In this document: positions 18,089 to 26,117 of the stretch, in pieces
Numbering within the stretch: the first letter of the stretch is position 1
How the letters are laid out: the number at the start of each line of letters is the position of its first letter
Virus record (IMG/VR): IMGVR_UViG_3300012942_000087
Location: 1 to 37,127 of that record
Length of the DNA: 37,127 nt
DNA from: a virus
Taxonomy: Duplodnaviria; Caudoviricetes
Direction: 5' to 3' (one strand)
Made by a program: the position numbers and the translations under genes
The notes under the pieces: generated by a model
Database searches by the model: none
The model's input: the letters and a program-made list of their open reading frames with translations, nothing else
What the model was told of the DNA's origin: nothing

Positions 18089-18185
18089 GCCGCCATACGG
18101 GCGTATGGACCCGATTACGCAGGGTGACGCCGACATTTACGCTCCGTAAGCGTCGTCAGCGGAAGGGGATGGGTAAGGCATACCT

Positions 18186-18279
18186 AAGTGACGAAGTGAC
18201 GATATGACACAAGATCCAGAATCCCTAAGACTTCTCTAAGGCAATCCGGATCTTCCGTCCGAACGTCACTTCGTCACTT
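18186..18279. repeat. 94-bp nested inverted-repeat element, copy A
   Basis: 16-bp perfect terminal IR AAGTGACGAAGTGACG, inner AAGATCC/GGATCTT stem, apical hairpin; homologous to 33558..33652. Confidence 0.9.
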
Positions 18280-18288
18280 CCCACCCGG

Positions 18289-18307
18289 CGGGTGAGCGAG
18301 GGCCGTA
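18289..18307 (+). promoter_or_regulatory. Phage-specific promoter-like motif copy 2
   Basis: CGGGTGAGCGAGGGCCGTA at the head of the early region. Confidence 0.7.
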
Positions 18308-18345
18308 CCTCCCTATGCAAGGCAGAACGCATAGGAGGTTCCCGC

Positions 18346-19188
18346 GTGGGACAAGTCACTACGGTCAAGCGGGCCGGAAGCCGCTTCTACGTCGACCGAG
18401 ATAAGCCGTTGGTCACGGTGCCCGGTGTTACGTCCGTCATCGGTATGGGCCCGAAGCCCTTCCTGCAATTCTGGTCCGCGAAGATGGCCGCCGAGTTGGC
18501 GGTAGACTCGATCGACTTCGTGAAGGAAATGGCGAGCCGGGATCGGCAAGGCGCCATTGACTACATCAAGGGTGCGGCAACCCGCTACACAAAGACCCGC
18601 GCCAACGTCGGCAGCGACGCGCACGACCTTTTCGAGCGCATGATTCGCGGCGAATACATCGGGCGCGTCCACCCGGACCTTGAGCCCTACCGGCGGCATT
18701 TCGCGGAGTTCCTGGCCGCTGTCAATCCTGAGCTTGTCCGCGCTGAGGATGTCGCCTGGTCGGATGAGCACCAGTACGCCGGCTCCTTTGACGCGCTGTT
18801 GCGGGTGTGGGTGAACGATGACCGAACTGTCGACCCCACGCGCAAGACCGGCGAGCCGATCACGGTTGTTGCCGACTGGAAGACCTCTAAGGGCACGTAC
18901 CCGGACGTGGCGCTTCAGATGTCGGCATACGCCCACGCTGACCGGCTGATTGACCCTAACGGCGTCTCAGAGCCGTTCCCGGAGGTTGACGGCGGCGTGG
19001 TGCTGCACATCACCCCCGACAGGTGGGAGTTCAAGCCCGTAGACATCAGCGATGAGGTATTCGCCTACTTCCTCGCGCTCCGCAAGACGTTCGAATGGGA
19101 CCGGGACGTGTCTAAGCGCGTTCTCGGCAAGCCGCTCGCTGAGTCGGGCGGGGCTCTGGTAACTGGCACTCAGCGAAGGGCGAAGTGA
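18346..19188 (+). CDS. PD-(D/E)XK (Cas4/RecE-like) exonuclease
   Basis: PGVTSVI, GSDAH, YAGSFD, ADWKTSK, LQMSAY; AGGAGG RBS. Confidence 0.8.
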   Translation: MGQVTTVKRAGSRFYVDRDKPLVTVPGVTSVIGMGPKPFLQFWSAKMAAELAVDSIDFVKEMASRDRQGAIDYIKGAATRYTKTRANVGSDAHDLFERMIRGEYIGRVHPDLEPYRRHFAEFLAAVNPELVRAEDVAWSDEHQYAGSFDALLRVWVNDDRTVDPTRKTGEPITVVADWKTSKGTYPDVALQMSAYAHADRLIDPNGVSEPFPEVDGGVVLHITPDRWEFKPVDISDEVFAYFLALRKTFEWDRDVSKRVLGKPLAESGGALVTGTQRRAK

Positions 19189-19622
19189 CGGCAGAGAGTC
19201 TGAACGGCTACCACATCGGGCAGACCGTAGAGGCGCGATGCAGCATTGACGCGGATTGGGAAAAGGGCACGGTCGTTTATCTCGACCGCGCCGACGCGGA
19301 ACTTCCGTACGGCGTCGACTGGGCGGACCGCTCCGACTGGACTTGGGTGCGCCCGAACAACATTCGCCCGGTGGAGGGGGAGCGCGCTCCGGGGCGACTC
19401 CAGTACCGAATTGGCGAGACCGGCAGGTTCGGCGAGTGGCGCGATGTGGTTGCAGGAGCGAACATCCCGATCCCGCTACACGGTTCGCGGCTTGTGTTCC
19501 GCGAGGCGCCGCCGCGTACTGACGCTGAGATTCTGGCGAAGCTTCGGGAACGAGTCGAAAAGGCGAATGTTGTCGAACTCACGCGGAACAACCTTCGGCG
19601 TGTACTGAACGGAGACTTCTGA
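19185..19622 (+). CDS. Hypothetical protein (possible SH3/Tudor-like N-terminal domain)
   Basis: GTGA overlap; YHIGQTVEA..W.KGTV..PYGVDW..WV pattern. Confidence 0.6.
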   Translation: MTAESLNGYHIGQTVEARCSIDADWEKGTVVYLDRADAELPYGVDWADRSDWTWVRPNNIRPVEGERAPGRLQYRIGETGRFGEWRDVVAGANIPIPLHGSRLVFREAPPRTDAEILAKLRERVEKANVVELTRNNLRRVLNGDF

Positions 19623-19783
19623 TGTTCCTTGACCCCCGTCTCGTCCGCGCCGCCAACCGCCACGTGCACAACGGCCCGGCGGACAAGAACCCCGTGTTCC
19701 GCCGCACTGCTGCCGGTCTGGTCGAGATCAGCGGCGGCATCCTGCGGTACTCGACCACGACTCCGGAGGCCAAGACCAAGTGA
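19622..19783 (+). CDS. 53-aa hypothetical protein, not in the track
   Basis: TGATG overlap, MFLDPRLVRAANRH...; ends in a GTGA overlap. Confidence 0.55.
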   Translation: MFLDPRLVRAANRHVHNGPADKNPVFRRTAAGLVEISGGILRYSTTTPEAKTK

Positions 19784-19929
19784 ACAAGGCTCGCATCGTG
19801 GCGTGGGTGGCCGGCTTCCTGCTGACGGCGGGACTGGGGACCTACGCCCGTGCGGCGGCCCCCTGCTCAGCGTTGGGGTGGCTGCCGACTAAGGACATTC
19901 CCGCTCGCTGCCTGATTTGGAGCAAGTAA
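19780..19929 (+). CDS. 49-aa membrane/secreted protein, not in the track
   Basis: GGAGG RBS, MNKARIVAWVAGFLLTAGLG..., two Cys; TAATG overlap. Confidence 0.55.
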   Translation: MNKARIVAWVAGFLLTAGLGTYARAAAPCSALGWLPTKDIPARCLIWSK

Positions 19930-20135
19930 TGGCGCGGTACATGCATCCGGACGACAAGCACGTTTACCGCGCTGTCATCACCATTGACGGCCGTACCGCG
20001 CTGATGGGTCCGTTCACCAGTGAAGGCGCGGCGAAGGCGCTTATCACCCGCGAACAGAACAGCTATTGGAACCGGGACCGAGAGGTTTCCGGCCGTGTCG
20101 AGTCTTCCCCGCTGAATTGGAGCGCCAATGGCTGA
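19929..20135 (+). CDS. Small hypothetical protein
   Basis: Coupled start, GGAG RBS. Confidence 0.6.
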   Translation: MARYMHPDDKHVYRAVITIDGRTALMGPFTSEGAAKALITREQNSYWNRDREVSGRVESSPLNWSANG

Positions 20136-20745
20136 GTTCGCCGCGTGGCCGAAGACCCCGCGACTTTTCCGGACGATCGTGGTTACCGAGAAGATCGACG
20201 GTACCAACGCTGCGATACACATTGAGCGCGGCACAGACGATACGGCGATGAATGGCCGTGCGAACCACGTGCTTGTTGATGGCGATTGGTACGCCGTGAG
20301 TGCGCAGAGCCGCAAGCGGCTGATCTACCCGGGCGCTGACAGCTTCGGCTTCGCCGCGTGGGTGTTCGCCAACAGTGAGGCGCTTGTTCGTGCGCTGGGT
20401 GTCGGTACGCACTTCGGCGAGTGGTGGGGGAGCGGTATCCAGCGCGGGTACGGTCTCGCGCCCGGCGTGCGCCGATTCTCGCTGTTCAACACCGACAAGT
20501 GGCGCCACCTGTGGGACAACATCGGCGGCGTGCGTGTCGCTTCCGTGCCCGTGCTGTATCAGGGCGAGTTCAGCGAGACCGAGATCAAGCATTGGCTTCG
20601 CAACCTGGCTCAGTTCGGCTCCGTGGCCGCTGACGGTTTCGACAGGCCCGAAGGCATCTGCATTTGGCACTCACAGACGCGCTCCGTGTTCAAGGTGACC
20701 CTTGACCACAACGACGCCGGCAAGTGGGAGCACGCGGCGGGTTAG
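20128..20745 (+). CDS. RNA ligase (Rnl2-like nucleotidyltransferase domain only)
   Basis: Motif I TEKIDGTN, QSR, FGEWWG.GIQ, FSLF, PEGICI, FK. Confidence 0.85.
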   Translation: MAEFAAWPKTPRLFRTIVVTEKIDGTNAAIHIERGTDDTAMNGRANHVLVDGDWYAVSAQSRKRLIYPGADSFGFAAWVFANSEALVRALGVGTHFGEWWGSGIQRGYGLAPGVRRFSLFNTDKWRHLWDNIGGVRVASVPVLYQGEFSETEIKHWLRNLAQFGSVAADGFDRPEGICIWHSQTRSVFKVTLDHNDAGKWEHAAG

Positions 20746-20756
20746 CGGGGTCCGTA
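20738..20756 (+). promoter_or_regulatory. Phage-specific promoter-like motif copy 3
   Basis: CGGGTTAGCGGGGTCCGTA overlapping the ligase stop. Confidence 0.7.
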
Positions 20757-20867
20757 CCCCATAGCAGAGGGGGAGAGCGGCCGGAACGGTCAGCAGATGG
20801 CTTCGGCCACGTGGACATGATCGCACCCCCGCTCGCCCCTTCCCAACCACGTGTGAGGAGAGAGCAC

Positions 20868-21260
20868 ATGTACAGCAAGCCGGCCGTGACTCCCGAGGAG
20901 ATCGTCAAGGCGCTGGGCGAGGCGGTTGCCGAGAAGGGCGCCGACTTCGTCTACCAGCCGGAGGATTTTGCCGGATTCTGCAACTACGTGCACGGCGCAG
21001 ACGGGCCCCGCCCGGTTCCCGGGTGCATCGTCGGGAACGTGCTTCACCGACTCGGCGTCCCGCTTGGCGAGCTGGCCAACTATGAGCGGCGCGACGCGTA
21101 CTCGGTCGCCAATGCGCTGATTGAGATTCAGGCGCCGGACGGTGGCCGCAGCATCCGGGAAAAGCTCTCCCTGATTCAGGTTGAGCAGGACGACAGCATG
21201 CCGTGGGGCGAGGCGGTTGCCTTCGCTGGTGTCGAGCTTCCCGAGCTTGTCGCCGCATAA
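20868..21260 (+). CDS. Hypothetical protein, paralog of 22249..22629
   Basis: GGAGAGAG RBS; DFVY..CNYVH..PGCIVG.VLHRLGVPL.ELA. Confidence 0.75.
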   Translation: MYSKPAVTPEEIVKALGEAVAEKGADFVYQPEDFAGFCNYVHGADGPRPVPGCIVGNVLHRLGVPLGELANYERRDAYSVANALIEIQAPDGGRSIREKLSLIQVEQDDSMPWGEAVAFAGVELPELVAA

Positions 21261-21283
21261 CCAATAGAACGACGCAGGAATAC

Positions 21284-21317
21284 GGGAGCGGGCAATACGG
21301 CCCGCTCCCTTCGTTTT
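21284..21317 (+). terminator. Intrinsic terminator
   Basis: GGGAGCGGGC / GCCCGCTCCC plus TTCGTTTT. Confidence 0.7.
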
Positions 21318-21337
21318 GAAAACTGGAGAGAGAACGC

Positions 21338-22036
21338 ATGCCGATCCGCATTTTCGAGACCGACCCTGAGGCCAAGCCCGCCCCGCGCGCCACGTTCGAT
21401 GACGGCACTATCGGCAAGCTGCACAGCGGAAGGCAGGTCAACGGCCGACCGGTTGCCATTCCGAACTGGCGCTTCACGACCGGTGACCACAACGTCGCCG
21501 CTGCGCTCGCTGAGCTGTTCGGCGTGTCCGTGGTTGACACGGAGAGCGAAGCTGAGAATCACCTTGAGATTCAGACCGACGTGGATTCATTCGAGGTGAT
21601 CCTCGCCGGGGTCGACGCCATCGAAGACGACATGAAGCTTTGGATCAACAAGCAGTTGGTACACCACTGTGACGGCGTCGAGTTCCTTTCGCCGGATGAG
21701 AAGCGCGGAACGCCGTGTGGCTGCCCGCGCTTCTTTAAGGAGCGCAAGGAAGCGGCGAAGACCTTTCAGGGCCCGTCTCCCTCAATCAAGGTGATTTTCC
21801 GCCTCGCTGAGGACCCGGAGCTTGGGACCTTCGCCTACCAGACTTCGTCTTGGACTATGGCCGAGGTTCTGCACGAGTACGCAGAGGCGCTGTCTCAGGT
21901 GGACGGAGAGGCGATCGCCGACATGCACCTTGAGCTTGTCGAGTACACCACTAAGGCCGGGCGCGCTGTGAGCTTCCGGAAGCCGACGCTGAAGCGCATC
22001 CGCTCGTACAACGCCGCGATTGCTGAGACTGCCTAG
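21338..22036 (+). CDS. phiC31 gp3-like recombination directionality factor
   Basis: Recognised motifs HSG, WR..TG, DMKLW.N..L.HHCDG, PCGCP..F.ERK.AAK, DPELG.F..QT.SWT, LELVEYT, SYN.AIA. Confidence 0.85.
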   Translation: MPIRIFETDPEAKPAPRATFDDGTIGKLHSGRQVNGRPVAIPNWRFTTGDHNVAAALAELFGVSVVDTESEAENHLEIQTDVDSFEVILAGVDAIEDDMKLWINKQLVHHCDGVEFLSPDEKRGTPCGCPRFFKERKEAAKTFQGPSPSIKVIFRLAEDPELGTFAYQTSSWTMAEVLHEYAEALSQVDGEAIADMHLELVEYTTKAGRAVSFRKPTLKRIRSYNAAIAETA

Positions 22037-22038
22037 CC

Positions 22039-22224
22039 ATGAGCAATACCTACATCCCCGGGGCGCTGCTCTGGCGGATGACTCTCAAGGGGGCGACGGA
22101 CGACGAGATTCGTCGCCCCCTTTGGGAGTTCCCGCCGGAAGCACGCAAGGCGGTACTTCACGAGCGCGCTAGGCGCTGGGGAGTCCCTAGCGCTGACGAG
22201 GATTTCGACCCCGAGTACCACTGA
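22039..22224 (+). CDS. Small hypothetical protein
   Basis: Tightly packed ORF after the RDF gene. Confidence 0.6.
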   Translation: MSNTYIPGALLWRMTLKGATDDEIRRPLWEFPPEARKAVLHERARRWGVPSADEDFDPEYH

Positions 22225-22248
22225 GCATCGAACATCAGGAGAGAGAGC

Positions 22249-22629
22249 ATGTTTGAGCGAATCAAGGTGGACGCGATGACGGTTGCGCAGACGCTTCGCG
22301 ACACGGCAGCGGAGCGGCCCGACTACGTGTACGAGAACCCGGAGGGTCTGACCGGAGACGGAATCACCACTTGCTTCTACGTGCACCCTGACGGGCCGGG
22401 ATGCCTGGCCGGCACGGCGCTGCACAAGCTTGGCGTTCCGCTGAGTGAGCTTGCCGAGTGCGAGGGGCAGGGGGCGTCCACCGTCGCCACCAGCGTGCTC
22501 GACATCCGGGGCGACGCTGGGAACGTAGTGATCATGCTCGCCTACGCGCAGCGCCGACAGGACGGCGGGGATTCTTGGTCGGTCGCTGTCGAGAAGGCGG
22601 AGATTCACGCGACTGAGGCGCTGGTCTGA
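22249..22629 (+). CDS. Hypothetical protein, paralog of 20868..21260
   Basis: GGAGAGAG RBS; DYVY..CFYVH..PGCLAG.ALHKLGVPL.ELA. Confidence 0.75.
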   Translation: MFERIKVDAMTVAQTLRDTAAERPDYVYENPEGLTGDGITTCFYVHPDGPGCLAGTALHKLGVPLSELAECEGQGASTVATSVLDIRGDAGNVVIMLAYAQRRQDGGDSWSVAVEKAEIHATEALV

Positions 22630-22916
22630 TGGGCAAGCGGGGCGTGGTCACGGACTACGCGGGCGCGGAGCTGTACGCGGGTGATCTCGTTGCCTACGCA
22701 GCGAGGCAGGGCAATCGCGTCCGCATGACCGACGCGGAGGTACGCAAGGTCACCACGCGGAATGACGGCGGGCGACTCCGCCCGATGCTGCTGCTGAAGC
22801 CGACCGGGCATGAGAGCGGATTCACCCGGCGGCGGAGCATGCGGGCGGCATGGGTCAGTGCGGAGCACGTGCGGTTGATCGAACCGGGCGCCTTCCCGGT
22901 GGAGTCGCTGAGGTAG
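22629..22916 (+). CDS. Hypothetical protein
   Basis: TGATG overlap; D..G.EL..GD.VAY pattern. Confidence 0.65.
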   Translation: MGKRGVVTDYAGAELYAGDLVAYAARQGNRVRMTDAEVRKVTTRNDGGRLRPMLLLKPTGHESGFTRRRSMRAAWVSAEHVRLIEPGAFPVESLR

Positions 22917-22928
22917 CAAGACGGCAAT

Positions 22929-22971
22929 AGGGGCCGGATGACCATGACGGTTGTCCGGCCCCTTTGCGTTT
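22929..22971 (+). terminator. Intrinsic terminator
   Basis: AGGGGCCGGA / TCCGGCCCCT plus TTGCGTTT. Confidence 0.75.
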
Positions 22972-22974
22972 CTA

Positions 22975-22998
22975 GCAACTCCCCACGTGGGGAGTTGG
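22975..22998. promoter_or_regulatory. 24-bp palindrome copy 5
   Basis: GCAACTCCCCACGTGGGGAGTTGG directly after the terminator. Confidence 0.85.
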
Positions 22999-23008
22999 AA
23001 GGGGAACA

Positions 23009-23185
23009 GTGGACAAGTGCATAAGCGCTACGCGGGCGCCAGCGTTGGGAGACGTGCGCGCGATGGCGGCGGGGGACCGGATCATTCTGCGGCCGGACGC
23101 GCCTTCTCGCGCTGACTGGCCGCGCTACGTGGACGCCATCGGGGTGGCTATTACCCGTGGCGCTGAGGTGAGGCAGACCGAGTGA
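23009..23185 (+). CDS. 58-aa hypothetical protein, not in the track
   Basis: GTG after GAAGGGG; ends in a GTGA overlap with the HNH gene. Confidence 0.55.
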   Translation: MDKCISATRAPALGDVRAMAAGDRIILRPDAPSRADWPRYVDAIGVAITRGAEVRQTE

Positions 23186-23592
23186 CCACATGCGAGCTAT
23201 GCGGGCGGGATAAGCCCGCTGAAGACTTCCTAGCGGGCAAGGCTAAGAAGCCGTCCCGTGCCTGCGGCGAATGCAGGGGAAAGCGCCGGGGGGCGCACAT
23301 AAAGAACTACTACCGCAGGTTGCCGCCGGACAAGCGCCACACGCTCACCCACAAGCGGCGTGCGGTCGGCTACGGCGTCGACCATGAGGAGTACAGCCGG
23401 ACCGCGATTCTCATGCGTTGGCGCTGGCGCTGCTGCTATTGCGACGAACGCGCAGAGCACCTTGACCACGTGCACCCGCTGTCTAAGGGCGGAGCTGACG
23501 CGCCCCGGAACATCGTTCCCGCGTGTGCGAGCTGCAACCTCAGCAAGGGTGCGAAGACGCTCGCTGAGTGGGTGGAGTCGTGGTCGGGTTAG
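23182..23592 (+). CDS. HNH endonuclease
   Basis: CCYC..HLDHVHPLSKGG..NIVPACASCN.SKG, plus N-terminal CxxC pairs. Confidence 0.9.
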   Translation: MTTCELCGRDKPAEDFLAGKAKKPSRACGECRGKRRGAHIKNYYRRLPPDKRHTLTHKRRAVGYGVDHEEYSRTAILMRWRWRCCYCDERAEHLDHVHPLSKGGADAPRNIVPACASCNLSKGAKTLAEWVESWSG

Positions 23593-23603
23593 TGAGGTCC
23601 GTA
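23585..23603 (+). promoter_or_regulatory. Phage-specific promoter-like motif copy 4
   Basis: CGGGTTAGTGAGGTCCGTA upstream of the primase-helicase. Confidence 0.7.
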
Positions 23604-23629
23604 CCGGGTGACAGCGGATAGGAGAGAAA

Positions 23630-26056
23630 GTGCAGTTCACGGAAATTCTCGCCCGGTTCGGCGAAGTCAGCGAAGAGAACGACGGGGGATATCTCGCGCT
23701 GTGTCCGGCGCATAGCGACTCCCATCCTTCGCTTCGCATTTGGCGGGGCGACGACCACAAGGTGCGAGTCACGTGCCGCGCGGGATGCGCCCCTGCTGAC
23801 GTGGTCTACGCAGCGAAGCTGGAATGGCGGGACCTGTTCAACGCGACGGGCGATGGGCTGACGGTGGCTAAGGAAAAGCCGGAGCTTGTCGGCGTGGCGC
23901 ACACGGCAAAGCTTGAGTCCTACGTTCAGCTTGCTTCACAGAACCTGAGGGGGAGCGGCAGCGAGAACGCGGATATCGCAGCGGCGTATCTTGAGAGCCG
24001 GTTCGGGATCACCCCAATCAGCTTTGAGGAGTTCGGCCTAGGGCTAGAGGATGGCGACACCAAGAGCGATTTCCCGTACCGTTCGCGCGCCTTCATGGAG
24101 TACCCGCGTATTACTGTTCCGCTGCGGAACTTCGATGGCGTGACGGTCGGCTTGCAGGGGCGTGATATCAGCGGGAAGTGCCCCGGACGCTGGGTCTCGC
24201 TGATGAACCCGAAGGGGCACCGTTGGTCGCCCTACGGCTTCTTTCGCGGGCAGGGTGGCTACGGGGTCACCATCGTGTCTGAGGGGCCCGGAGACGGCCT
24301 CTCAGCCGTTTCTGTGGGGTACGACGCGGTAGCCGTGCGGGGTGCTGCTCTCGCCGGCTCGCCGGAGCTGATAGCGGAGCTTGCCGAAGGCTTGCGCGGA
24401 TCTCAGGTCATCGTGTGCGGCGACGCGGACACGGCGGGGGAGGGATTCGTCAGGCGCCTTGCTGAGGGCTTGGCACGGCACGGGATAACCGTCTACACCC
24501 TCCGCCTTCCTGCGGGCGCCGGCGACCTCACGGAGTGGCGTGAGCGGGCCCCTGACGCTTTCGCCTCTGAGCTTCACTCGGCAGTCAAGGCCGCTCAACC
24601 GGCAGCCGCAGCGAAGGCAGCTCAGGTCAGCGAATCGCTGTCGGACCGCACGGGCGCCGATGTCGTGTCCGTCGACCAGGGGCAGGAAGCAGCCCGCGTA
24701 CTAGGTGGTCTGATCGAGCGCTACGGCGAGTCGGACGCCATGAACGCTCACGCGCTGGTCGCTTGGACGGACGGCCGGATCAAGTACGCGAAGGGTCTCG
24801 GGTTCTACGTGTGGAATGGCCACACGTGGGAGCGCTCAGAGGTGAAGGTACGCCAAGAGATTCACCGCATGGGCGCCGCGCTTGTGCTCGCTGGCAAGCT
24901 GCCTGAGTCGCGCGGCTTCACCATGACGACACGCATTGACGCGCTGATGACGGAGCTTCGCAGCGTGCCGAGTGTGCACGTGTCGGCGGACGATTTCGAC
25001 GCGCGCCCGGATCTGCTGGCATTCCGCAACGGCACGGTTGATCTCCGTACCGGTGAGCTGATGGCGCACGATAAGGCGCACATGCTGACGCAGCGACTCG
25101 ATATCGACTACCGGCCCGATGCTGAAGCTCCGCGCTGGCACCGGTTCATGGAAGAAATCTTCCCCTCGCACCCGGGGCTTCCCGAGTACATGCAAACCCT
25201 GGTGGGCTACGGCATCACCGGCTCGACCGACGAACAGTGCTTCGCAGTCCTCTGGGGCAAGGGAGCGAACGGCAAGAGCGTCTTTACCGACACGCTGACG
25301 AACGTCTTTCAGCGCGTGAGCGTGACCACGCCGTTCGCCACGTTTGAAGACAAGGCATCCGGCGGCATCCCGAACGACCTTGCTGCGCTGCGCGGGGCGC
25401 GTCTTGTGCTCGCCAGCGAGGGGGAGAGCGGTAAGCCGATGTCGGAGTCCGTGCTGAAGCGCGTCAGCGGAAAGGACAAGGTAACCGCGCGCTTCCTGCG
25501 ACAGGAGTTCTTTACGTTCGCGCCGACGTTCCTCATCATGCTTGCCACCAATTACAAGCCCAAGTTTCGGGGGCAGGATGAGGGTCTGTGGCGCCGAGTC
25601 AAGCTGATCCCCTTTACGCGGTACTTCGCCCCGCATGAGCGGGACTACGACCTTGACCGGAAGCTAGCGGCTGAGGCAGAGGGCATCGCGGCTTGGGCGG
25701 TCCGTGGCGCTGTCCGCTGGTATGCGGATGGGCTCAAGGACCCGGAGGTGATCAGCTCCGCCACGCGCGAGTACCGGCAAACCTCGGACGCACTCGCCGG
25801 TTTCTTCCCGGGCGTGCTGACTCAGGCTGACGACTCGCACCGGCTTCCGGGATCCGACGCCTTCAATCGGTATCTCGAATGGTGCGAAGACGAGAACCTG
25901 CCCGCTAAGGAGCGATGGACCCGCCGTGCCTTCTACGACGCGCTGGAGGAGCGCGGCATCACCCGAAAGAAGACGAACACCGGCATTGCGCTGATCGGCG
26001 TCCGCCTCGCTGATGTCAAGGAACCGGTCAGCGGACCGGGGATTTTCGCCAAGTAA
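23630..26056 (+). CDS. DNA primase-helicase (Zn finger, TOPRIM, D5/P4-type SF3 helicase)
   Basis: CPAH.D..PSL, EGPGD, DAD.AG, GKGANGKS Walker A, ARFLRQEFF.F.P. Confidence 0.93.
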   Translation: MQFTEILARFGEVSEENDGGYLALCPAHSDSHPSLRIWRGDDHKVRVTCRAGCAPADVVYAAKLEWRDLFNATGDGLTVAKEKPELVGVAHTAKLESYVQLASQNLRGSGSENADIAAAYLESRFGITPISFEEFGLGLEDGDTKSDFPYRSRAFMEYPRITVPLRNFDGVTVGLQGRDISGKCPGRWVSLMNPKGHRWSPYGFFRGQGGYGVTIVSEGPGDGLSAVSVGYDAVAVRGAALAGSPELIAELAEGLRGSQVIVCGDADTAGEGFVRRLAEGLARHGITVYTLRLPAGAGDLTEWRERAPDAFASELHSAVKAAQPAAAAKAAQVSESLSDRTGADVVSVDQGQEAARVLGGLIERYGESDAMNAHALVAWTDGRIKYAKGLGFYVWNGHTWERSEVKVRQEIHRMGAALVLAGKLPESRGFTMTTRIDALMTELRSVPSVHVSADDFDARPDLLAFRNGTVDLRTGELMAHDKAHMLTQRLDIDYRPDAEAPRWHRFMEEIFPSHPGLPEYMQTLVGYGITGSTDEQCFAVLWGKGANGKSVFTDTLTNVFQRVSVTTPFATFEDKASGGIPNDLAALRGARLVLASEGESGKPMSESVLKRVSGKDKVTARFLRQEFFTFAPTFLIMLATNYKPKFRGQDEGLWRRVKLIPFTRYFAPHERDYDLDRKLAAEAEGIAAWAVRGAVRWYADGLKDPEVISSATREYRQTSDALAGFFPGVLTQADDSHRLPGSDAFNRYLEWCEDENLPAKERWTRRAFYDALEERGITRKKTNTGIALIGVRLADVKEPVSGPGIFAK

Positions 26057-26073
26057 CCGGCCCGGTTCTGGGG

Positions 26074-26097
26074 GCAACTCCTCACGTGGGGAGTTGC
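26074..26097. promoter_or_regulatory. 24-bp palindrome copy 6 (extends to 26071..26100, followed by TTTG)
   Basis: GCAACTCCTCACGTGGGGAGTTGC between primase and polymerase. Confidence 0.85.
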
Positions 26098-26117
26098 CCC
26101 TTTGCGTGAGGAGAGAC

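Noticed and set aside
18186-18279. 94-bp elements as MITEs
   Set aside because: No target-site duplication in the flanks, no transposase, and both sit at equivalent regulatory positions
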